Below, one piece after another: positions 58,233 through 64,000 of a stretch of DNA of 64,000 nt. This stretch comes from Thermotogales bacterium. Its GTDB lineage: Bacteria; Thermotogota; Thermotogae; Petrotogales; Kosmotogaceae. Positions within the stretch are counted from its first letter, which is position 1, and each line of letters begins with the position of its first letter. Where the stretch lies: positions 1,114 to 65,113 of the forward strand of contig PWXG01000008.1 of the NCBI GenBank assembly GCA_003561215.1, written 5' to 3'. The notes under the pieces are model-generated. The model had not been told where the DNA came from. It did not search any database and was given only the letters and a program-made list of their open reading frames with translations. Position numbers and translations under genes: made by a program.

Positions 58233-58261
58233 TTGTCAATCTGGCACACATCTGTTATTCT
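58233..58261 (+). promoter_or_regulatory. sigma-70-type promoter candidate for the second MFS gene
   Basis: TTGTCA (58233-58238), 17 nt spacer, TATTCT (58256-58261). Confidence 0.4.
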
Positions 58262-58302
58262 ATTCGCAATATCATTGTTCTTCTTTGCTAACAGGTGGTC
58301 TA

Positions 58303-59706
58303 ATGAGTCACTCGACACAAGATGCCGCAAGAACGAGAAAGTATTCTCTCTTTGAAGGTGCTGCTTACAACGGCTTCTTCATAATCACACAGGGTTTTCT
58401 GGTTACAGGGCTTGCCTTGCAGTACGGAGCGAGCGAACTATATATTGCAATCATAGGTGTTCTCCCGACTCTTGCACAGGTGATGCAGCTTCTCGCGCCA
58501 GCGATTCTTCAGTACATAAAGAGTAGACGAAAAGCCATGCTGATTACCAGTTTGATTGCTCGAATAGGCTTTTTGCTCATTCCGCTGACGCTGGCCCTTG
58601 GCATAACACATGAATCTCTCTTATTGGTGGTGCTTGCAATTACTGCTCTCTTCAACAGTCTTACCGGGAATTTCTGGCTCTCGTTGATGAGAGATGCCGT
58701 ACCTCCGGAGAAGACAGGAAGATTCTTCGGGACGAGGAGCTTGTTCGCATCATTGGTAGCGATACTCATGACTGTTATTTATGCACAGATTCTCGACAGA
58801 TTACCTGGAAGAGTGGGCTTCCTAGTTGTAACGTTTGTGGGGGCTGGTTTTGCTGTGCTCTCAGTTTACTTGCTGAAGCAACACCGTGATCTGCCTGCAA
58901 GAGTCTATGGTACCGGTCGCTTCTTCAAGGAAGTAATGGCCAACCTTAGGTTCAGGAATTTTCTTGTCTTCTCTTTTGTGTGGAATCTGGGAATAACAAT
59001 GGCCACACCATTTGTTGCCTATTACCAGCTTGTGAACCTGGCGCTGGACTATTCCTATCTTAGCATTCTCTCGATTGTTGCCGGGGTAGCTTCTATGCTT
59101 CTGTTTCCCTTATGGGGAAGAATCGCTGACGAGATCGGTCATCAAAGCGTCCTTGAGTTCGGCGTATTGAGTGCGGCAGGGGTCATGCTTCTGTGGTTTG
59201 CGGTGAGTCCCACCAACTATACTGTTCTCCTGCCCTTCGATGCCGTGTTAACAGGAGTAGTGTGGAGTGCAATCAACCTCTGCATGTTCACAACAATCAT
59301 GAACCTGATATCCGAGGTAAGGGCAGAACCGTATTTTGCAGTTCTCTCGTTCTTCAGTGGAATAGCTGCGCTACTCGGTTCGGTGAGCGGTGGTCTGATT
59401 GCTGGAGTGCTCAAGGACGTCCAGATTGTGGTTTCCGGCCATACTATCTTCGGAGTTCAGTTTCTCTTTCTTGGAGCTGCTGTGTTAAGAAGCGTTGCGT
59501 GGGTCTTATTAAGGAGAGTAAAGACTCAGAAGAAGAAGACCGTGACCGAGCATTTCATGAATGTTGCATCAGTTTTCGGGAGACGCCTGGCAAGCAGACC
59601 CTATGAGTATGCAGCAGGTCTTATACAACACGAACGTTCAAGAAGACTAGAGAAGAGAAAGGAGCTTTCTGAAAAGAATGATGGATCCGAAACGGATAAG
59701 CGATGA
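58303..59706 (+). CDS. MFS transporter
   Basis: About 468 aa, polytopic. Start at ATG 58303 (alternatively TTG 58285). Confidence 0.8.
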   Translation: MSHSTQDAARTRKYSLFEGAAYNGFFIITQGFLVTGLALQYGASELYIAIIGVLPTLAQVMQLLAPAILQYIKSRRKAMLITSLIARIGFLLIPLTLALGITHESLLLVVLAITALFNSLTGNFWLSLMRDAVPPEKTGRFFGTRSLFASLVAILMTVIYAQILDRLPGRVGFLVVTFVGAGFAVLSVYLLKQHRDLPARVYGTGRFFKEVMANLRFRNFLVFSFVWNLGITMATPFVAYYQLVNLALDYSYLSILSIVAGVASMLLFPLWGRIADEIGHQSVLEFGVLSAAGVMLLWFAVSPTNYTVLLPFDAVLTGVVWSAINLCMFTTIMNLISEVRAEPYFAVLSFFSGIAALLGSVSGGLIAGVLKDVQIVVSGHTIFGVQFLFLGAAVLRSVAWVLLRRVKTQKKKTVTEHFMNVASVFGRRLASRPYEYAAGLIQHERSRRLEKRKELSEKNDGSETDKR

Positions 59707-59718
59707 TTTTGCAGTATT

Positions 59719-60126
59719 GTGATAGAAGAGCCCGAAATAGAACGGTCTGCGTGTCAGACAACTGTTAGGAGAGGTGATTCACCGCTGTCAGAATGTGCCG
59801 GAGTAGGAGAAGACGGGCACAGAAGTCTCTTCTTCAGAATATTGGAGATAGTCAAGAATGTGCCGTACGGAAAAGTGTCAACGTATGGACAGATTGCTTC
59901 TATTGTGGGCATATCAGACGCAAGGAAAGTGGGGTTTGCATTAAGCTCACTGAAGGAAGGTCAGCAAGTCCCGTGGCACAGAATCGTGAATGCTGCCGGG
60001 AAGATCAGTCTGAAGGACCCATCATCAGCCGAGTATCAGAAAAAGCTCCTTGAGGCTGAAGGCGTAGTATTTCGTGAAGATGACTCTGTCGACCTTTCAC
60101 GATATCTCTGGCAAGATCCCGAATGA
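59719..60126 (+). CDS. alkyltransferase-like protein (MGMT DNA-binding domain, YbaZ/ATL type, no active-site Cys)
   Basis: VPYGKVSTYGQIA...VPWHRIVNAAGKIS. Trp replaces the Cys of the PCHR motif. Confidence 0.8.
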   Translation: MIEEPEIERSACQTTVRRGDSPLSECAGVGEDGHRSLFFRILEIVKNVPYGKVSTYGQIASIVGISDARKVGFALSSLKEGQQVPWHRIVNAAGKISLKDPSSAEYQKKLLEAEGVVFREDDSVDLSRYLWQDPE

Positions 60127-60220
60127 ACACTGACTGCAATCCGGCAAAATTGAGAAATCTGAGGCATCTACCCAGAGACCAGGTTTCGCTTATCTCTACT
60201 TCATCTGCATGCTATTTGAT

Positions 60221-60236
60221 ATTTGCAGCTGCAAAT
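60221..60236. repeat. perfect 16-bp palindrome in an ORF-free gap
   Basis: ATTTGCAGCTGCAAAT. Confidence 0.6.
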
Positions 60237-60344
60237 CGATTACTTGAAATGAGGGAATAACGTATGCCAATATGTCAACAATAGAACACTGAGGTGTTTC
60301 GTGCATAGTGGGGGACAGGGGTTTCTTAGATTTTCTATTGGCAA

Positions 60345-60375
60345 AAGGACAGGGATTTCTGTCCTTTCTTGTTTT
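60345..60375. terminator. bidirectional stem-loop terminator
   Basis: AAGGACAG-ggattt-CTGTCCTT followed by TCTTGTTTT on plus. On minus it lies 13 nt after the stop of the 60388-60732 gene and is followed by TTTTG. Confidence 0.65.
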
Positions 60376-60387
60376 CATGAATCTGCG

Positions 60388-60732
60388 CTAAAAGACCACC
60401 CAGAAGACCAGAAGAGGTCTCGACCGAACCTCTCTACAGTAATGCATTGCCGCTGTGGTTCCGGCCAGGTTGGCAAGAAGATCACCGTATTCGAACACAC
60501 CCGTCTGAAGGAAAAGATCAGACAGCTCTTTTGCAAGTCCAATGCCAAGTGTCACAAGGAATGAGAGGGGTTCGTTTCCCGTAATACCGTAAGATAGGCC
60601 GTAGAGGGTGAAGCTTACGGAGAAGTGCAAGTACTTGTCATAGCCTGCGAAGACATCTGACGGCATCAAAAGTAATGCGGCCAGCATCAAAAAAATGGTC
60701 ATACTTGCCGGGAACTTGTGGTGGTGGAACAT
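60388..60732 (-). CDS. small membrane protein (possibly YfiM/DUF2279- or VanZ-like)
   Basis: 114 aa. Start placed at ATG 60732, 9 nt after GGAGGG. Hydrophobic N-terminus, then DKYLHF...AKELSDL...GDLLANLAG. The family call is tentative. Confidence 0.55.
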   Translation of the reverse strand: MFHHHKFPASMTIFLMLAALLLMPSDVFAGYDKYLHFSVSFTLYGLSYGITGNEPLSFLVTLGIGLAKELSDLFLQTGVFEYGDLLANLAGTTAAMHYCREVRSRPLLVFWVVF

Positions 60733-60860
60733 CGCCAGAATCCCTCCAAACACTCCCTAGAATAGCTGTCAGAAACACTGGAAATGAAGTGTTGTCGATA
60801 ACACATTCGATCTTTGTGGTAAGACACTTAAATAGGGCTTCGTCAAACAATAGTGAGGAA

Positions 60861-61045
60861 ACTGCGGTGCCAATCGGATCACGGTGTGTCCTTGCCAGTC
60901 TGAACAAGCAACAGACTCCGCAGTGGATTCTATCATCCGTAATGCGAAAATGTTACATAGACTGATCCAATTGGATGGAATCCGACACCTACACAGCTCC
61001 TTTCAGCACAAGTATATAATGGTGCTGGGAGAAAGGCCAGTGTCG
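60861..61045. ncRNA. candidate structured RNA: three abutting stem-loop domains (strand undetermined)
   Basis: Domain A (60861-60924) is a three-way junction: P1 ACTGCGG/CCGCAGT, AGTCTG/CAGACT, GGAtCAC/GTGTCC. Domain B (60925-60983): GGATTC+CATCC / GGATG+GAATCC. Domain C (60983-61045): CGACAC, CTCC, CAGCAC / GTGCTG, GGAG, GTGTCG. All pairs are Watson-Crick. Confidence 0.25.
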
Positions 61046-61140
61046 AAATGTATACTAGTTGGTTTTGTAGCCGGTCATTGCGTCAGGAGCAGGATGACTA
61101 CTCGTCGATTTTGAAAGTGAATGCATTGTAGGAGTATGAC

Positions 61141-61168
61141 TTGAAAAAGATGTCAAGACATCGATAAT
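61141..61168 (+). promoter_or_regulatory. promoter candidate with palindromic operator for the GNAT / CxxC-protein operon
   Basis: TTGAAA (61141-61146), 16 nt spacer, GATAAT (61163-61168). The spacer contains the perfect palindrome GATGTCaaGACATC (61149-61162). Confidence 0.4.
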
Positions 61169-61227
61169 ACTTCTACAAGAGATTCCCTGGCAATTAAGAC
61201 TATCTTGATACGGAGAGAAGCAGCTTT

Positions 61228-62442
61228 ATGAGACTGAAGAAACTGGAAAAGACTGATTCTGCAGCACTCGTTGAACTTATGAATATTTGCTTCGGAAAAT
61301 CTGTGGATGTCGAGAACCCGGGCCGTCACTTTGCTGATGATAAATACTGGAAGAATGCCTGGGGGTTCGAGGTTGACGGAAGACTTGTAGCAGCGCATGT
61401 CTGTCATGATATTGAAGTAAAGATAAGAGATAGGGTCTTCCCGGCATCTTTCGTACTCCATACCGTTACGCTTCCTTCGTTCAGGAGACAAGGATTAACT
61501 CGAAGATTCTTTCTTGACGACCTGGCAAGAGAACGCTCCAGGGGAAGAAGACTTATTTTCCTGGAACCTTTCAGCGATTCGTTGTTCAAGAAATTCGGTT
61601 TCGAGTTCGCTTTCAACTCATTTTGTATGGAGTTTCCCTCAGAAGCTCTGCGAGAATTTCCCGTTAACAGAGACTTTCAACTGATTGATGGAAAAGTTCG
61701 AGACAATGCTCTTCTTGAATCGTTTTGCTCAAGATACTTTGATGAGAGGATGAAATTCTCGCGCTACAACGACGCGAGAGCTCCTGGGGTGTTTTCATGG
61801 AGGCGACACTTCGGTAGGGACAAGACGGTATCACTGGCGATAGATGGAAACTCCAGACCCGTTGGAATGATGGTGTCCGAACAGAAGTCCAGAACACTCG
61901 TGGTCGAATTGATGCTTTTCGAGCTCCTTGAAGCCCTTGAATGCTTGGGAGAGTATCTCAGACGATTTATGAGCCAGGTGGATTTCGTGAGAATATCAAA
62001 TGTGCCGGAGGATTTCCCGTTCTTCTTGCTTATGGAGACTCGTTGTTCACAGAAAAATTGTTGCAAGATAGCAAAAACCAGTCCAATTATGGGAAGAATC
62101 GTCGATCTGGAGGGACTGCTTAAAGGCCTTGTTCACGGGGAAAGAAACACCAGCATTGTTCTTGGTATTGAAGACTCACTGGTACCTGAAAATGATGCTT
62201 CTTTCGCGATAACACGTTCAGGTGTCGAGAAAACCCGGCAGACTCCTGAGATAAAGATGAAGCAGTGCGATCTGCTTACCTTGCTGACAGGGAGCAGGAG
62301 CGTGTTCGAACTATACAGGGAGAAGAAGATCAGTCTTCAACACACAGTGGAAGCTTCCTGGCAGTGCACAGAAATTCCTGATTTGTTGAAGCTGCTTGCA
62401 CGGCTATTCCCAAGGAGACTGACTGGCTGGAATTACCTCTAG
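61228..62442 (+). CDS. Eis-like GNAT acetyltransferase (GNAT + C-terminal SCP2-like region)
   Basis: 404 aa. HTVTLPSFRRQGLTRRF acetyl-CoA motif. Overall length and architecture resemble the COG4552/Eis family. Confidence 0.6.
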   Translation: MRLKKLEKTDSAALVELMNICFGKSVDVENPGRHFADDKYWKNAWGFEVDGRLVAAHVCHDIEVKIRDRVFPASFVLHTVTLPSFRRQGLTRRFFLDDLARERSRGRRLIFLEPFSDSLFKKFGFEFAFNSFCMEFPSEALREFPVNRDFQLIDGKVRDNALLESFCSRYFDERMKFSRYNDARAPGVFSWRRHFGRDKTVSLAIDGNSRPVGMMVSEQKSRTLVVELMLFELLEALECLGEYLRRFMSQVDFVRISNVPEDFPFFLLMETRCSQKNCCKIAKTSPIMGRIVDLEGLLKGLVHGERNTSIVLGIEDSLVPENDASFAITRSGVEKTRQTPEIKMKQCDLLTLLTGSRSVFELYREKKISLQHTVEASWQCTEIPDLLKLLARLFPRRLTGWNYL

Positions 62443-62478
62443 GTTTCTTCTGACATTTTCTCGGAGGAGTGGTGAACA

Positions 62479-63153
62479 ATGAAGGCAACGGATGTTGTCG
62501 AGAGTGAAATAATCACGTTGGTTAAGCAGAGTGAGGAGAGATGTCCAATATGCCGTGTTGTAGACAAAGCGGTAAGCGGCTGGTTGGATGGAGCACTTTC
62601 CGATTTGCTTCATAATGAGGAGGCCAGAGCCAAGCTAAACAACGGTGGCTTGTGTAGGAAACATTCTGAGGTATTTGTGGAAGTGGTCAAGAGCAACTCC
62701 AGTATCGGTCCGTTGAGTGCTTCGATAATGCTTTCGGAAATTCTCAGGAACCAATTGATCGCAATCAAAGCAAAGGAAAAACGGAGTAGACTTGAAAGAC
62801 TTCGAGCACCTGGAAAGAAAACGGAAGGATGCTACCTGTGTCGTATTGCATTGGAGACAGAATACAGATTTGTCAATGGTTTTCGAGTTTTCTTCTCAAG
62901 ACCAGAAGTAAAGCATTCGTATGAGAGATCTGAGACAATCATATGCTTTGATCACACCACGCAACTACTGGAAAGGCCGACAGATGTCTCAGAGTGGTTC
63001 GTTTCTGTTCAGAGGAGTAAGATTAGCGCCCTGCTGGACGAAATGGATCTCCTCATAAACAAGCATGATTACAGGAGCAAAGAGAGTATAGGCAAAGAAA
63101 GCTCCTCATGGGTGAGGGCAATACAGACGATAGGCGAGCTGTCAAGACACTGA
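62479..63153 (+). CDS. hypothetical Cys/His-rich protein with duplicated CxxC-N33/34-CxxH module
   Basis: 224 aa. C22-C25-C59-H62 and C118-C121-C156-H159. GGAGGAG SD. It lies 36 nt after the GNAT gene with no terminator between them. Confidence 0.6.
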   Translation: MKATDVVESEIITLVKQSEERCPICRVVDKAVSGWLDGALSDLLHNEEARAKLNNGGLCRKHSEVFVEVVKSNSSIGPLSASIMLSEILRNQLIAIKAKEKRSRLERLRAPGKKTEGCYLCRIALETEYRFVNGFRVFFSRPEVKHSYERSETIICFDHTTQLLERPTDVSEWFVSVQRSKISALLDEMDLLINKHDYRSKESIGKESSSWVRAIQTIGELSRH

Positions 63154-63236
63154 TCAGACACTGAACAAACTGAGTCATGTTCCCGCGTGCATTGCCTGAT
63201 CTGAAAACATCAAGTTTCCCATGCAGAGAAGCCGAA

Positions 63237-64000
63237 TCAGAACTTCATCCCGGTAAGAGAGATTCCCTTGATGAAATAACGTTGTGCAAATATGAAGAAG
63301 ACAAGAATCGGTGCGATGACAATACAGGATCCTGCCATCTGTATGGCGATATTTTCGCCATATTGCCCCGCCAGAACCGATATTGCAACGGGAAGAGTGT
63401 ACATTCGCTCATCCTGTGCGATAATTAACGGCCATAGAAATGAATTCCACGATCCGGTGAACGTGAAGATCGCTATTGTAGAAAGTGCCGGACCGGAAAG
63501 CGGCAAGATGATCTTGAAGTATAGGAAGCCTTCTCTTGCTCCGTCCATCTTTGCGGCTTCAAGAAGATCATCTGGAATCGTTATAATGAACTGACGCATG
63601 AAGAAGACGTTGAAAGCGCTTACCATCGCGGGAATAATTAGCCCCGAATAAGTGTTGATGAGACCAAGATGTCTCAGCATTAGAAACACGGGTATGATGG
63701 TCATCTGACCTGGTACCATGATCGTTGCAAGAATGAGCATGAATAGTGCGTCTCTTCCTCTAAACCTGAATTTGGCAAAAGCATAGCCTGCCATTGAAGA
63801 GAACAGGACAGACAGGAAAGTGATCGAACCGGATACAATGACTGTATTCAGGAAAGGTCTGGCAAAATCAAGGTTCCTGAAGAGGTCGACGTAGTTCTTT
63901 ATCGTGGGTTCTGAGGGTATCCAGGTAGGAGGAAAGACGAAGATCTCTTTTGGGAGCTTGAAAGAAGTTGAAACCATCCATACAAACGGGATGATCATTG
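63237..64000 (-). CDS. carbohydrate ABC transporter permease (MalG-like), N-terminus beyond the right window edge
   Basis: LEAAKMDGAREGFLYFKIILPL EAA loop. The C-terminus GISLTGMKF is paralogous to the 32472-33296 protein. The ORF is open to nt 64000. Confidence 0.85.
   Translation of the reverse strand, partial: MIIPFVWMVSTSFKLPKEIFVFPPTWIPSEPTIKNYVDLFRNLDFARPFLNTVIVSGSITFLSVLFSSMAGYAFAKFRFRGRDALFMLILATIMVPGQMTIIPVFLMLRHLGLINTYSGLIIPAMVSAFNVFFMRQFIITIPDDLLEAAKMDGAREGFLYFKIILPLSGPALSTIAIFTFTGSWNSFLWPLIIAQDERMYTLPVAISVLAGQYGENIAIQMAGSCIVIAPILVFFIFAQRYFIKGISLTGMKF

Noticed and set aside
58242-58257. Perfect TGGCAC hexamer upstream of the second MFS gene, as a possible -24 box.
   Set aside because: The -12 position reads CTGTT rather than TTGC. 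The hexamer sits inside the 17-nt spacer of a good TTGTCA/TATTCT sigma-70-type promoter.
61094-61114. Mini-ORF ATGACTACTCGTCGATTTTGA (MTTRRF) with AGGAG 4 nt upstream, as a possible leader peptide for the GNAT operon.
   Set aside because: It lies upstream of the best promoter candidate (61141-61168). The spacing is short, and no attenuator or terminator structure follows it.
1-64000. Search for CRISPR repeats, transposase/integrase genes, toxin-antitoxin pairs, reverse transcriptases, and restriction or other defence modules.
   Set aside because: None was recognisable on either strand. Gene content is overwhelmingly housekeeping, transport and metabolism, so I do not claim a mobile or defence island.

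Overview
This is a dense 64-kb chromosomal segment with about 60 protein genes. It reads like a Thermotogota (Mesotoga/Kosmotoga-like) core-genome region. That assignment is an inference from protein families (Dus resembling T. maritima TM0096 as I recall it, NfnAB, M32 carboxypeptidase, Omp85 ending in Phe, RemA, DegV); no search was possible.

I saw no rRNA or tRNA genes, CRISPR array, transposase, integrase or recognisable defence genes. I see no clear novel multi-gene system.

Genes are tightly packed with many 1-59 nt overlaps. GGAGG-type Shine-Dalgarno (SD) sites are strong enough that I revised about 20 ORF-track starts.

Layout:
- 1-8.7 kb (minus): class II photolyase (runs off the left edge), formamidase, and the chain phoH / 7TM-HD / ybeY / DUF1015 / ispD. 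A GNAT and an EamA transporter lie on the plus strand within this stretch.
- 8.8-20 kb: DegV, a sigma-54-type activator, nfnAB, M32 carboxypeptidase, a membrane-inserted metallophosphoesterase, and AEC/MFS/geranylgeranyl-reductase-like genes.
- 20-25 kb (minus): BMP-type nucleoside/sugar ABC importer.
- 25-31 kb: ferritin, a terminator-bounded radical-SAM + TetR pair, an acidic SurA-like parvulin, and a single-POTRA Omp85 barrel coupled to a sugar ABC operon (31-34 kb).
- 34-40.4 kb (minus): CaCA antiporter, kbl-tdh, dus, nadD, obg.
- 40.5-60.1 kb (plus): a 20-kb housekeeping run remA-clpP-mutS-pepP-efp-asp23-nusB-fhs-folD-dxs-yloU-yloV-glyQS-era, two MFS genes and an alkyltransferase-like protein.
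- 60.1-63.2 kb: the least explained part. It holds two ORF-free gaps rich in perfect stems, a small membrane protein, and an Eis-like GNAT plus duplicated CxxC..CxxH protein operon.

The best leads for a second look are:
- the rSAM-TetR module;
- the Omp85 gene appended to an ABC importer;
- a probable non-AUG start for dus;
- a palindromic bidirectional -10 between obg and remA;
- the structured ORF-free region at 60.86-61.05 kb;
- the GNAT/Zn-protein operon.
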